Numbered from the whole stretch's first letter, positions 20,274 to 30,027 are shown. The stretch: DNA of 63,266 nucleotides, filler included, from Deltaproteobacteria bacterium (GCA_030698575.1; 13 parts of 13 records of this genome joined end to end with filler, not necessarily neighbours in it); one strand, 5' to 3'. Made by a program: numbers and translations. Notes: generated by a model from the letters alone, not told the origin.

Positions 20274-21422
20274 ATGAAGCGCGACATCTATTCAGAAGAG
20301 CACGAGCTTTTCCGTGACCAGTTCCGTCGATTCGCTGCGGCCGAAATCGAGCCGAAGATCGAGGCGTGGAACAAGCAGGGGATGAGCGACCGCGAAACCT
20401 GGGCTCGCTGCGGCAAGGCGGGCTTTCTCGGCGCGAATCAGCCGGAGGAGTTCGGCGGGAGCGGCGCCGATTTCCTCTTCGACGCCGTGATCATGGAGGA
20501 ACTGGCGCGGATTCGCGCCCACGCCATCATGATTTCACTGCACTCGGACATCTGCCTCCCCTACATCGTCACTTACGGCACCGATGCGCAGAAGAAGAAG
20601 TTCGTTCCGCCGGCCATCACCGGCGAGCTGATTCTCGGAATAGCCATGACCGAGCCGGGCACAGGCTCCGACCTGGCCGCTGTCCAGACACGCGCAATTC
20701 GCGACGGCGATCACTACGTCGTGAACGGCGCGAAGACGTTCATCTCGAACGGCCAGATCGGCGATCTCTTCATCGTCGTCGTGAAGACAAATCCCGACGC
20801 CAATCCGCCACACGCGGGCGTAAGCCTCCTGCTCATCGAGGCCGACAGGAAAGGGTTCGTTCGCGGGCGGAACCTGGAGAAGCTCGGCCTCAAGGGGCAG
20901 GACACGAGCGAGCTGTTCTTCGAGGACTGCCGGGTGCCCGTCGAGAACCTGCTCGGCCAGGAAGGCCAGGGGTTCGTCATGCTGATGGAGAAGCTCCAGC
21001 AGGAGCGGCTTTCGGTGGCGGTCGCATCAATCGCCTGCTCGCGGCGCGCGCTCGAGGACACCATCGATTACGTGAAGCAGCGCCACGCATTCGGGAAGCC
21101 CATCGCGGCATTCCAGAACACGCAGTTCAAGCTGGCGGAACTCGCCACGGAACTCGAGGTCGGCCAGGCGTTCGTCGACAAGCTCCTGGTGGCGCATGTG
21201 CGGGGTGAAAACATCGTCACGGGGGTTAGCATGGCGAAGTGGTGGACCACGGCGCTGCAGAAGCGGCTCACCAGCGAGTGCCTGCAGCTCTACGGCGGCT
21301 ACGGCTTCATGGAGGAGTACCCGATCTCGACCGACTTCGCCGATGCCGCCGTGCACACCATCTTCGCCGGCTCGAACGAAATCATGAAGCGCATCATCGC
21401 GAAAAATCTCGGTATCGGCTGA
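20274..21422 (+). CDS. Acyl-CoA dehydrogenase (long-chain type)
   Basis: IAMTEPGTGSD, NGAKTFISNG, QDTSELFF, RHAFGKPI..FQN, QLYGGYG, GSNEIMK. Confidence 0.96.
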   Translation: MKRDIYSEEHELFRDQFRRFAAAEIEPKIEAWNKQGMSDRETWARCGKAGFLGANQPEEFGGSGADFLFDAVIMEELARIRAHAIMISLHSDICLPYIVTYGTDAQKKKFVPPAITGELILGIAMTEPGTGSDLAAVQTRAIRDGDHYVVNGAKTFISNGQIGDLFIVVVKTNPDANPPHAGVSLLLIEADRKGFVRGRNLEKLGLKGQDTSELFFEDCRVPVENLLGQEGQGFVMLMEKLQQERLSVAVASIACSRRALEDTIDYVKQRHAFGKPIAAFQNTQFKLAELATELEVGQAFVDKLLVAHVRGENIVTGVSMAKWWTTALQKRLTSECLQLYGGYGFMEEYPISTDFADAAVHTIFAGSNEIMKRIIAKNLGIG

Positions 21423-21424
21423 GA

Positions 21425-21471
21425 AATAAGTGGGACAGTCCCTCTTATTAAGAGGGACTGTCCCACTTATT
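21425..21471. repeat. 47-bp palindromic REP doublet between convergent genes
   Basis: Identical to 20209-20255 except the central base; overlaps the modA stop codon. Confidence 0.9.
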
Positions 21472-22231
21472 TGCCGAAGCCGTGCGCGGCGAGGATCTCC
21501 GCCGCGCGGCTCCCCGTCAGGAAGGCCGCGAACTTCTCCGCCAGCGCCCGGTGGGGTGAAGCTGCCACCACCCCCGCTCCGTAAGTGATCGCGTGGCCCA
21601 CCGGGATTGGCACTTCGAACGCCACGCGCACCCCCGTTCGCCCCCTGGCGTCGGTGCGGTAGACGAAAGCCGCGTCGACCTCGCCCCGCTCGGTATAGAC
21701 CAGCACCTGCCGCACGTTCTCCCCAAAGACCATCCGCCGCTGCAAGGGCGCGTACAGCCCCGCGCGCTCCATCGCCGCTCGCGCGTAAATTCCGGCGGGC
21801 ACGTAGCCGGGATTTCCCATTCCGATGCGCGCGTACTGACGCTTCGTGAGATCGGCGAGCGCCGCCGGCCGCGCGTCGGAGGAAGCCGGCACGATCAGCA
21901 CGAGGCTGTTCGTCGCGAAGCGTCGCACCCCGGTGAATCGCTTTTTCCAGGCAGGCTCGTCGAACATCTCCACGCGCGCCGTCAGAAAGACGTCTATCGG
22001 CGCACCCCCCTCAATCTGCGCCATGAGCTGACCGGAACCCGCATAGGTCACCCTGGTCTTCGCGCCGTGGGCCTGCTCGAAGGCCTGAAGGATCGGATCG
22101 AGTGCGTCCTGCAGGCTCGACGCGGCCGCGATGGTCAGCTCGTCGGCCGCGCGAGCACTCACGGGAGAAAGCGCGCCGAGAATTGCGGCGACGGCGACGC
22201 CGATGATCAACCCCGTACGGATGGTTCGCAT
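21467..22231 (-). CDS. modA: Molybdate ABC transporter substrate-binding protein
   Basis: Signal peptide; AAASSL, GSGQL..QIEGGAP.DVF, VPAGIYA, ENVRQVL..GEVDAAFVY. Confidence 0.95.
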   Translation of the reverse strand: MRTIRTGLIIGVAVAAILGALSPVSARAADELTIAAASSLQDALDPILQAFEQAHGAKTRVTYAGSGQLMAQIEGGAPIDVFLTARVEMFDEPAWKKRFTGVRRFATNSLVLIVPASSDARPAALADLTKRQYARIGMGNPGYVPAGIYARAAMERAGLYAPLQRRMVFGENVRQVLVYTERGEVDAAFVYRTDARGRTGVRVAFEVPIPVGHAITYGAGVVAASPHRALAEKFAAFLTGSRAAEILAAHGFGK

Positions 22232-22251
22232 GCTTGTTCCTCGTTGAACTG

Positions 22252-22314
22252 TCAGGCGCCGATGCGCAGGCTCGTGGCCTTCACGATGGCCCATAGTTCG
22301 GCGCCCGCGGCAAT
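22252..22314 (-). CDS. C-terminal fragment of TOBE-domain protein (ModC/ModE-like)
   Basis: IAAGAELWAIVKATSLRIGA* fits a TOBE end; directly upstream of modA. Confidence 0.55.
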   Translation of the reverse strand: MAAGAELWAIVKATSLRIGA

Positions 22315-22416
22315 GGNNNNNNNNNNNNNNNNNNNNNNNNNNNNNNNNNNNNNNNNNNNNTTAATTAATTAANNNNNNNNNNNNNNNNNNNNNNNNNNNN
22401 NNNNNNNNNNNNNNNN

Positions 22417-22932
22417 CCGATGGTGATCCGGAACTGGGCCGAGCAGGGCGGGATCAACGTGATCCTCGCGACCATGGTCTTCATCGGCGCGCTCGCGGCC
22501 ATCATGTCGACGGCCGACTCGGTGCTGCTCTCGCTCGGAAGCGTCATCTCCGAGGACGTAGTCGGGAGCGACCGATACGATCCGAGGACCACGCGGCAGG
22601 GCAAGCTGGCCGCCGCGGCGCTTCTCATCCTCATGGTCGGGATCGCGGTGGCGCCGCGCATAACTCTCTGGCGTCTCATCGAGGTGAAGATGGAGGTGCT
22701 CATGCAGTGCGCACCGGCCTTCCTCCTGGGGGTGCACTCCCGGCGGCTGGAGGCCCGCACCGTATTCCTCGGCATCCTGGCCGGCTGCGCCGTCGCGCTC
22801 TGGGGCATGTGGACCGGAACGCCTCGCCTGGGGGGCGTGCACGTGGGCGTGATCGGCCTGGGCGTGAACCTGGCGGTCATTGGCGCCGGCCGCGCGCTGT
22901 CCCGCGGTGCGGTTTCGTCCAACGGCCTCTAG
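22417..22932 (+). CDS. Sodium:solute symporter family protein (partial)
   Basis: LAAIMSTADS motif, multiple TM helices. Confidence 0.9.
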   Translation, partial: PMVIRNWAEQGGINVILATMVFIGALAAIMSTADSVLLSLGSVISEDVVGSDRYDPRTTRQGKLAAAALLILMVGIAVAPRITLWRLIEVKMEVLMQCAPAFLLGVHSRRLEARTVFLGILAGCAVALWGMWTGTPRLGGVHVGVIGLGVNLAVIGAGRALSRGAVSSNGL

Positions 22933-23081
22933 GCGCGGATTGAATGTGCGCCGCTGATCAGGCTGTTCTTGACACGCATTCCCTTTTCAAGCGCGCCGTT
23001 CGCAGCACGGCCTCGCCCCGCAGGCTTGCCCCCGCACACATTTCCGCCCGCAGAACCAGTGAAAATTTTTTACCGCGGGTT

Positions 23082-23097
23082 TGGCACGGGCCTTGCT
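23082..23097 (+). promoter_or_regulatory. Sigma54 -24/-12 promoter
   Basis: TGGCAC-GGGCC-TTGCT, exact consensus, about 50 nt upstream of an RBS and ATG. Confidence 0.8.
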
Positions 23098-23145
23098 CTA
23101 GCTTCAGGAAGGAGTCAGCGAAACTGAAATCGGGAGGGACACAAG

Positions 23146-23328
23146 ATGAACTGCCAGACCCAAAGCTACCGGACAAGGAATCAGCGAGGGCCGACCCGGC
23201 TCGGCCAGATCGGGCACGGGTCCCGCCCCCGGCGCATCGGCGCCGTCGAGCGGTTCAAGGAAACCCTCTACGGGCTGGTCGACACGACGGCGCGCGAGCG
23301 CTTCGAGGCCCGCAAGCCCCGCTTCTAG
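23146..23328 (+). CDS. Small basic hypothetical protein (60 aa)
   Basis: GGGAGGG RBS, ATG, first ORF after sigma54 promoter. Confidence 0.5.
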   Translation: MNCQTQSYRTRNQRGPTRLGQIGHGSRPRRIGAVERFKETLYGLVDTTARERFEARKPRF

Positions 23329-23390
23329 CGGCGGCGCGGCCCCCCCGGCCCGCCGGCCCTGAGCCGGCGCGGACAAGACGGAGTGACACC

Positions 23391-23618
23391 ATGGAATGCT
23401 GCGCCTGCCACAACATGCTTCGCGAAGGGACATGGTTTTGCACCGAGTGCGGTAACCCCTCGTCACGCCCCTGCACGGGCTGTGGCGGCGAGATGGAGCC
23501 CGACGATCGCTTCTGCTCCAACTGCGGCTGTCCCGTCCGTTCGGCCGCACCCGCCCGTCGGACTGCCTCGACTCGCCCCAACGACCCGGCTCGCTCCCCG
23601 CTATTTCTTCCTCTATAG
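23391..23618 (+). CDS. Small double zinc-ribbon protein (75 aa)
   Basis: GGAG RBS; four CxxC pairs with FCTECG and FCSNCG knuckles. Confidence 0.75.
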   Translation: MECCACHNMLREGTWFCTECGNPSSRPCTGCGGEMEPDDRFCSNCGCPVRSAAPARRTASTRPNDPARSPLFLPL

Positions 23619-23728
23619 TCGAACCCGGCCCGGATGACGGATGCTCGCCGGAGAGGCGCGCGCCGGCGCGCCCTTTCGTCCGGAGAGTGCGCTGTATTCC
23701 GCGCCTGAGACGCCACAGGAGGTAGTCC

Positions 23729-24430
23729 ATGGCTTCGCGCGTATGTGTGATCACCGGCGTCGGACCGGGCAACGGCGCCGCCTTCAGCAAGCGCTTCGCC
23801 TCGGCCGGCTACCGGGTGGCGATGCTGGCCCGATCGGAGGATCGGCTGAAGGATCTCGAGAAGGCCATTCCAGGAACCCGGGGCTATGCAACCGATGTTT
23901 CCGATGCCGGGCAGGTAGGCGAGGCCTTCGCGCGCATCCGCAAGGATCTCGGCCCGGTCGACGTCCTTCTGCACAACGCGGGAAGCGGCCTGTTCGGCGA
24001 CTTCCTCCAGACGCCTCCCGAGATGTTCGAGGAGAGCTGGCGAGTGAACTCACTCGCGCTGCTTCTCTGCGGCCAGGAAGCCGTCCGCGACATGCAGAAA
24101 GCCGGTAGCGGCGCGATTGTCGTGACGGGCGCGACGGCCTCGCTGCGAGGCGGGGCCAGCTTCGCGGCCTTCGCATCCGCCAAGGCCGCCCAGAGATCGC
24201 TGGCCCAGTCGATGGCGCGGCAACTCGCCCCCCAGGGAATCCACGTGGCCTACGTCATCGTCGATGGCGTGATCGACATTCCCCGGACGAGAGAGTTTTT
24301 CCCCGATCGCCCCGACGAATACTTTCTGAAGCCTGATGCCATCGCCGAGACGGTTCATCACCTGGTGGAGCAGGACCGGTCGGCCTGGACTTTCGAGGTT
24401 GATGTACGTCCCTTCGGAGAGAAGTGGTAG
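23729..24430 (+). CDS. Short-chain dehydrogenase/reductase (atypical, FxxxK)
   Basis: TGVGPGNG, HNAG, TGATASLRG, FASAKAAQRSLAQS, GIHVAYVIVDG. Confidence 0.93.
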   Translation: MASRVCVITGVGPGNGAAFSKRFASAGYRVAMLARSEDRLKDLEKAIPGTRGYATDVSDAGQVGEAFARIRKDLGPVDVLLHNAGSGLFGDFLQTPPEMFEESWRVNSLALLLCGQEAVRDMQKAGSGAIVVTGATASLRGGASFAAFASAKAAQRSLAQSMARQLAPQGIHVAYVIVDGVIDIPRTREFFPDRPDEYFLKPDAIAETVHHLVEQDRSAWTFEVDVRPFGEKW

Positions 24431-24483
24431 CCTAAGGGAGGCGCCCGGAATCGAACCCGGGAGTCAAACCCTCGAGTCGAACC

Positions 24484-26355
24484 ATGGAACGTGCCCAGAT
24501 CATTGCGGTTCTTCAGGACACGATGGGAGGCCGGCTGCTCCCGACCACGATTGATCCGGCGCTCGCCCTCACCGACAGTGACATCGAGGCCCTCGCGGAA
24601 CTGGTGAAGGAGCTTCCGGTGAAGGCCGGCGGCATGATCATCCGCGAAGGAGACGAGGGCGATTCTCTTTTCATCGTAGCGTCAGGCAGCGTCACGATCA
24701 TCCGGATGTCGCCGGAGGGCGAGGAGCTGCCGGTGACCGAACTGGAGGCCGGGACGCTCTTTGGCGAACTGGCGCTCCTCGAGGGCGGGCGGCGCTCGGC
24801 CTCGGTGCGGGCCTCGAATGACACGATTCTTCTGCGTCTGGATCGGGCGCCCCTTCGTGAGCTGCTTGTCCAGCAAAGCCCCCTGGCCTACAAGCTGCTC
24901 TTCGCGCTGACCCTCCACGTGACGGCCCGTGTCCGCCAGAAGGACGTTCAGGAACTCGAGGCGCGCGCCCGTGCGTTGGAGGGTTTGGTCCAGGAGCGCA
25001 CCGAGGAGTTGCAGCGGCTGCTCGAGCGCGAGTCGATGATGAACCTGATCACGTCGGCAATCCGGGGACACCTGGATCTTGATCGGGTGCTCCAGACAAC
25101 GGTTGAGCAGGTCGGCCGGGCTGTTGGGGTGTCGCGCTGCCGGCTGGCGCTCTTCTCGCCCGGTACAGATGACCACTCCGTGGAGCATGAATACACGGCG
25201 CCCGGCGTCGCTTCGACAGTCGGACTCAAGTCGCCGGGGTTCAAGGCTATCGAGCCCGCGCTGAAGTTCATGATTGAGACGCGCCGCCCCTATGTCATCG
25301 GCGACGTGGGCGCCGATCCCCTCACCAAGAATCTGGGAAACGACTACCCCGAGTTCGTGCAGGCGCTGAAGGGCACCAGGTCGGTCCTCATCGTACCGCT
25401 GTTCTATGCCGACGAGTTCATCGGCGAACTGACGCTCTTCACCAGCGAGCCACATCGGTGGAAACAGGAGGAGCAGGACTTCGTCCAGGCCATCGGTGAC
25501 CAGGTCTCGGTGGCCATCAAGCAGTCCAAACTCTACTGGGATCTCGCCGAGCAGAAAGACCAGCTCTCCGAAGCGATCGAGGAACTCCAGCGCAAGGAGC
25601 AGCAACTCATCCAGTCGGAGAAGATGGCCAGCCTCGGCCAGCTTGTCGCAGGCGTCGCCCACGAACTGAACAATCCCATCAGCATCGTCTACGGTTTTCT
25701 CGGGCAGGTGAGCCGCCGGCTGAGCCTGTTGAGGGAAGTTCTCGAGCGCGGTCAGACGGTCGACGCGGACGTGTTCGAGGAGCTGGACGATATGCTTTCG
25801 CGGTCGAAGGAGGGGGCGCTTCGAACGAAGAATATCGTGAGCGACCTGCGCACCTTCAGTCGGCTCGACGAAGCCGAGTTCAAAGACGTCGATCTGCACG
25901 CGGGGCTCGAGAGCACGCTGCACCTGCTCGAGCACCGGCTCGGCGACCGCCTGACCGTTCACCGCAACTACGGCGACCTGCCGCCGGTGGCCTGCTATGC
26001 CGGGCAGATGAACCAGGTGTTCATGAATCTGCTTTCAAACGCCATCGATGCGATAGAACACAAGGGCGGGCCTGGAGACATCTATGTGCGGACCTGGGCG
26101 ATCGGGGATGAAGAAGGCCAGCAGCGGGTCGCGGTGAGCGTGCGCGACACGGGCACCGGCATCCCCCCTGACAAGGTCAGCCGGGTCTTCGATCCCTTCT
26201 TCACCACCAAGCCCATCGGACAGGGCACGGGGCTGGGCCTGTCGGTGAGCCACGGTATCGTGAGCAAGCACGGCGGCATCATCCGGGTGGAGAGCCGGAT
26301 GGGCGAGGGGAGCACCTTCACGGTGGAGCTTCCAATAGGCCCGCGAGCCGCATGA
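24484..26355 (+). CDS. Sensor histidine kinase, cNMP-binding + GAF + HisKA + HATPase
   Basis: FGELALLEGGRRSASV (cNMP); GAF LDRVLQTTV..VPL..W..EE; AGVAHELNNP H-box; NLLSNAID, DTGTG, FDPFFTTK, GTGLGL. Confidence 0.95.
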   Translation: MERAQIIAVLQDTMGGRLLPTTIDPALALTDSDIEALAELVKELPVKAGGMIIREGDEGDSLFIVASGSVTIIRMSPEGEELPVTELEAGTLFGELALLEGGRRSASVRASNDTILLRLDRAPLRELLVQQSPLAYKLLFALTLHVTARVRQKDVQELEARARALEGLVQERTEELQRLLERESMMNLITSAIRGHLDLDRVLQTTVEQVGRAVGVSRCRLALFSPGTDDHSVEHEYTAPGVASTVGLKSPGFKAIEPALKFMIETRRPYVIGDVGADPLTKNLGNDYPEFVQALKGTRSVLIVPLFYADEFIGELTLFTSEPHRWKQEEQDFVQAIGDQVSVAIKQSKLYWDLAEQKDQLSEAIEELQRKEQQLIQSEKMASLGQLVAGVAHELNNPISIVYGFLGQVSRRLSLLREVLERGQTVDADVFEELDDMLSRSKEGALRTKNIVSDLRTFSRLDEAEFKDVDLHAGLESTLHLLEHRLGDRLTVHRNYGDLPPVACYAGQMNQVFMNLLSNAIDAIEHKGGPGDIYVRTWAIGDEEGQQRVAVSVRDTGTGIPPDKVSRVFDPFFTTKPIGQGTGLGLSVSHGIVSKHGGIIRVESRMGEGSTFTVELPIGPRAA

Positions 26356-26446
26356 AGCAGTCGGTTGCCCCCCGGCCCCCCCGCCGTTATGATGGCGCCT
26401 GGGCCCGCCGCACCCGTTCCCGGGTGCCGCGCCATCAGGGGAGCGG

Positions 26447-27688
26447 ATGACCGAATCCAGCCAGCACACCCTCCTCATCGTCGACGATGAGGGCTCGATC
26501 CTCAAACTGCTCGAGTACACCTTCAAGCCCGACTACCGGGTGCTCACGGCCTTGAGCGGCGCCGAGGGACTGGAGATCCTCCGCAAGGAGAAGGTCTCGC
26601 TCATCATTGCCGACCAGCGCATGCCCGAGATGACCGGCTCGGAGTTCCTCGAGAAGAGCATCGCCATAAACCCGGATGCCATCCGGATGGTCCTCACCGG
26701 ATACACCGACATCGACTCGGCGATACAGGCCATCAACTCCGGGCGGGTCTACCGATATCTCACCAAGCCCTGGGAAGACGAGGATCTGCGCCTCAACGTC
26801 CGGCGGGCGCTCGAGACCTACGACCTGCAACAGACCAACCGGCGGCTTCTCGACGAATTGAAGGAGGCCAACGAGCGCCTCGAAGAGAAAGTGAAGCTCC
26901 GCACGGCGGAGCTGGAGGAAGCGAACGCGCAGCTGCGGGAAGCACAGAAGCAGATGGAGCAGGATCTGGCGCTGGCTGAGCGGATCCAGCGAACGCTCGT
27001 GCCCGGAGCTGTTCGGCGGCCGGACCTCGAGATCGAGACCGTGTACCGCCCGATGATCGGCATCGGCGGCGACTACGCCCTTACGCGGCTCGAGGAAGAC
27101 CGTGTGTTTCTTGCCGTGTGCGACGTCACGGGCCACGGCATCGCCGCCAGCGGCGTGGCGAACCGCGTTCACATGGAGCTCGGGCGGCTCGTGGGAGAGG
27201 GCGCCTCGCCGGCGGAAACGCTCACCGCGATGAACCGCTTCGTGTATCAGCAGTTCGCCGAGCTGGGCATGTACATGACGATGGCCGTCGCCGAGCTGGA
27301 GATTGCCTCCGGGCGTCTGCTATGGGCTTCGGCGGGTCACCCGCCGAGCCTGCTGTGGCGGAGCAAGGACGGCGCCGGTGAGAGGCTCGATGTCTCGGCG
27401 CCCGTGCTTGGGGTGGAGCCGGAGCTTCGCGGAGGCGCCGAGCAGGGAGAATCGCTCCTCTCCCCGGGAGACCGCCTGATCTTGTATACCGACGGGCTCA
27501 CCGAAGCGCGTGATGCCCATGGACAGTTCTTCGGCGTCGACAGGCTGGAGAAGCTCCTGGCGGAAAACGCCGGGCGCCCCGTCGACGAGATGTCGATTGC
27601 GATCGTGGACGGGGTGGATGGGTTCCGCTTCGGCCCGGCCCGGGACGACATCGTACTTCTTGCGGTGGCCCGCCCGGAACGGAATTAG
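26447..27688 (+). CDS. Response regulator receiver fused to PP2C/SpoIIE phosphatase (RsbU-like)
   Basis: IVDDE, ADQRMP, LTKPW receiver; GGDY, DVTGHG, SAGHPP, YTDGL, DDI phosphatase motifs. Confidence 0.95.
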   Translation: MTESSQHTLLIVDDEGSILKLLEYTFKPDYRVLTALSGAEGLEILRKEKVSLIIADQRMPEMTGSEFLEKSIAINPDAIRMVLTGYTDIDSAIQAINSGRVYRYLTKPWEDEDLRLNVRRALETYDLQQTNRRLLDELKEANERLEEKVKLRTAELEEANAQLREAQKQMEQDLALAERIQRTLVPGAVRRPDLEIETVYRPMIGIGGDYALTRLEEDRVFLAVCDVTGHGIAASGVANRVHMELGRLVGEGASPAETLTAMNRFVYQQFAELGMYMTMAVAELEIASGRLLWASAGHPPSLLWRSKDGAGERLDVSAPVLGVEPELRGGAEQGESLLSPGDRLILYTDGLTEARDAHGQFFGVDRLEKLLAENAGRPVDEMSIAIVDGVDGFRFGPARDDIVLLAVARPERN

Positions 27689-27697
27689 GAGGGCTGC

Positions 27698-28003
27698 GTG
27701 AAAGGGCCCGAGGGAACCGTTTCCATCCGAATTCCCAGCGATCCGAAAAAGCTCTACCTGATGCGGCGCCTGGTGAAGGAGATCTCCTGCGCCGAGGGTT
27801 TTGCAGAAAAAGAGACGGGGCGGATCGTGCTGGCGATGGACGAAGCCTGCACCAACGTGATACGCCACGCCTACGGGGGCGACACCGGCAAGAGCATCGT
27901 GATCGAGGCCGGCCCCTGCGAGGAAGGCATCTGCTTCGTGGTGATTGACGAGGGCCGGAAACCCGATCCGGACTCGATCCGGCCCCGGCCGCTTGATCAG
28001 ATA
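27698..28003 (+). CDS. Anti-sigma factor Ser/Thr kinase, RsbW-like (partial)
   Basis: LAMDEACTNVIRHAY, VIDEG; follows PP2C gene. Confidence 0.9.
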
Positions 28004-28103
28004 NNNNNNNNNNNNNNNNNNNNNNNNNNNNNNNNNNNNNNNNNNNNTTAATTAATTAANNNNNNNNNNNNNNNNNNNNNNNNNNNNNNNNNNNNNNNNN
28101 NNN

Positions 28104-28799
28104 GTCCTGGTGTTCGAGGATCCGATCCCTCACGTAGCCGATCTCGTAGGCCCTCTTTGGCCTCTCCACCGAGAGCGCTCGAAGGAGAGCGTTCCACTCC
28201 CGGACCATCTTACGATGCCACGCTGGAGTGTTGGGGATCGATGACCCCTTGCGGCGCGGGTTGACGAGGATGAGGGGGTTCTTCCTGGCCATCGTCCCGA
28301 GGCTCATGTAGAGCCCAAGGTGCTGCTCGATGGTCGGGCGCAGCGCGCTCGCGTAGACGCCAGAGTACTCGCCGGTGCGCGTCACGTCGAGGCCGCGCCG
28401 CGTGATCTGCGCGAAGCTGACCGTGTAGGTGTCGCTCGGGTCCAGTGTCACCTTGACGTAGTTTCCCGCGCCGCGCTTGCCCTTGAGCTTGAGCTTGAAG
28501 CTCAGCCCGTCGCCGTGATCGAGGAATGTGTGCGCGCCGATCATCGCGGAGAGCCGCCCGGCGCCGCCGAGTTGGCGCAGGATCGTGGCGGCGACGCCCA
28601 CCGGGTTGCGCTTGACCTTGGACCGCACGAACGAAGCAGCCCTTCTCGCTCCCCTTGAGTCTATCTTCAGGCCCCCCGCGGCACGCTTGGCACCCCGTGC
28701 AACCTTGTCGTACGCGCCACGGGCGACCCACGCCACGGCTCCAGATCCAACAACCACGATGGGCATGGGGATATTCTTCGCTCTTCTGCTGCGCGCCAT
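28104..28799 (-). CDS. Basic virus-like protein with NP motifs and a phage-type globular domain (3' partial)
   Basis: GGGAGG RBS; domain TILRQLGG...AMIGA...VTLDPSDTYTV...GVY...GLYMSL recalled from phage hypothetical proteins; KRNP, RKNP, LVNP. Confidence 0.75.
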
Positions 28800-29030
28800 C
28801 TAAGCCTCCCCGTCCACGTCGAATACCAGCATCCCGGAGGGGTTGTCTCCATGTTTCATGCTGCGGAGCAGCGCTGCCCCTCGATTTTCGGGCCCTCGGC
28901 CTGAATCATAGCTGTACCGCACGATTCGGCCAAGAAGCCTGGCCCTGGGAGCGTCGAGGATCGCCACGCCGAGAACGCGACCGGCCTCCTCGATGATGCC
29001 GATCTGCATCTTGACCGTGGAATCACTCAC
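28800..29030 (-). CDS. Small hypothetical protein (virus-like contig)
   Basis: Overlaps upstream stop and abuts downstream start; same strand as all neighbours. Confidence 0.6.
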   Translation of the reverse strand: MSDSTVKMQIGIIEEAGRVLGVAILDAPRARLLGRIVRYSYDSGRGPENRGAALLRSMKHGDNPSGMLVFDVDGEA

Positions 29031-29277
29031 GATGCACCGTCACGGTAGGCTTCTCGATCTGGTCTTGAGCCTCGTGTAGCAGCCCTGATAATGCCCTGAA
29101 CACATCGCCTGCCTTTCCAGGCAGGCTGGACGATAGACTGTTGATGGCGCTCTCCGCGTAAGCCAGGCGATCGAGCAGCGGGATGGCCTCGTCCCGAAGC
29201 ACTTCCGACGCTCCCTCTAGCTTCCCCGCGATGCTCTCGGCGACGCCCATGAGAATGTTCTTCACTAGCGGGTTCAT
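29023..29277 (-). CDS. Small helical hypothetical protein (virus-like contig)
   Basis: ATGA overlap with upstream gene; MNPLVKNIL start. Confidence 0.65.
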   Translation of the reverse strand: MNPLVKNILMGVAESIAGKLEGASEVLRDEAIPLLDRLAYAESAINSLSSSLPGKAGDVFRALSGLLHEAQDQIEKPTVTVHRE

Positions 29278-30005
29278 CGCTTCACCGCGACGTAGCCGAC
29301 GCCCAGGATGCCAGCAGCTCCGGCCAGCTTGACCCACATCGGAATCATGCTCCACACATCGCCGATGCCCTCGACGGCGGTTGCCGCACCCTCAACCGCC
29401 ACGTTCCCGCCAGGGAGCCAGGAGATACCGTAGGCCGCGTCTCCGTGCTCCATGGCGAGGGCGACGTCTTCACGCTCTCCCTGCTCGGCGAGCCACGCAG
29501 CGGAAGTTGAGCCGGCCTCGGCCGCAGCCTCTGCCTTCGCCTCTTCGGCGATGGCGGCCGTGGCCTGGACCGTGGATGCGCCGGAAGAACGCTCGACGTC
29601 TCCGCCGTAGGACTCGAGAACGTCCAGGGCGCGAGCCAGTAGCCGTTGTGCCTCCGACTGGCCAGGGTGACCAGCGGGGAAGTTCGCGATGGCCTCGTCC
29701 TCCGCCGTGGCGAATGCGTGCTCGGCCTGACCGATCTTGCCCTGGCTCGCGAGGCTCGCCACATCTTCCGTGCGCCGAGACAGTCGGTCGCCTTGCGTGC
29801 TTGACGGGCCGCGCCAGGCGAACTCCTCGCGTCGAGCCTCCCGGATGAACTCAATATCGACGGCAGGGCCGCCCTCGGCCGAGGCCACGTCGGCATCGGT
29901 CTGGTAGGCTCCTCCGGTAATCTTCGACAGCCAGCTCTCGCCGCCGAGACGGGCGGATCCGAGCGCAGGATGGCGCCAAAGCTGGACAGGCTGCACGTAT
30001 CGCAT
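29274..30005 (-). CDS. Ala/Glu-rich hypothetical protein with C-terminal membrane anchor
   Basis: ATG with GGAG RBS; ends WVKLAGAAGILGVGYVAVKR. Confidence 0.7.
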   Translation of the reverse strand: MRYVQPVQLWRHPALGSARLGGESWLSKITGGAYQTDADVASAEGGPAVDIEFIREARREEFAWRGPSSTQGDRLSRRTEDVASLASQGKIGQAEHAFATAEDEAIANFPAGHPGQSEAQRLLARALDVLESYGGDVERSSGASTVQATAAIAEEAKAEAAAEAGSTSAAWLAEQGEREDVALAMEHGDAAYGISWLPGGNVAVEGAATAVEGIGDVWSMIPMWVKLAGAAGILGVGYVAVKR

Positions 30006-30027
30006 CGTTCTCTCCGTCCGCCTCGAG

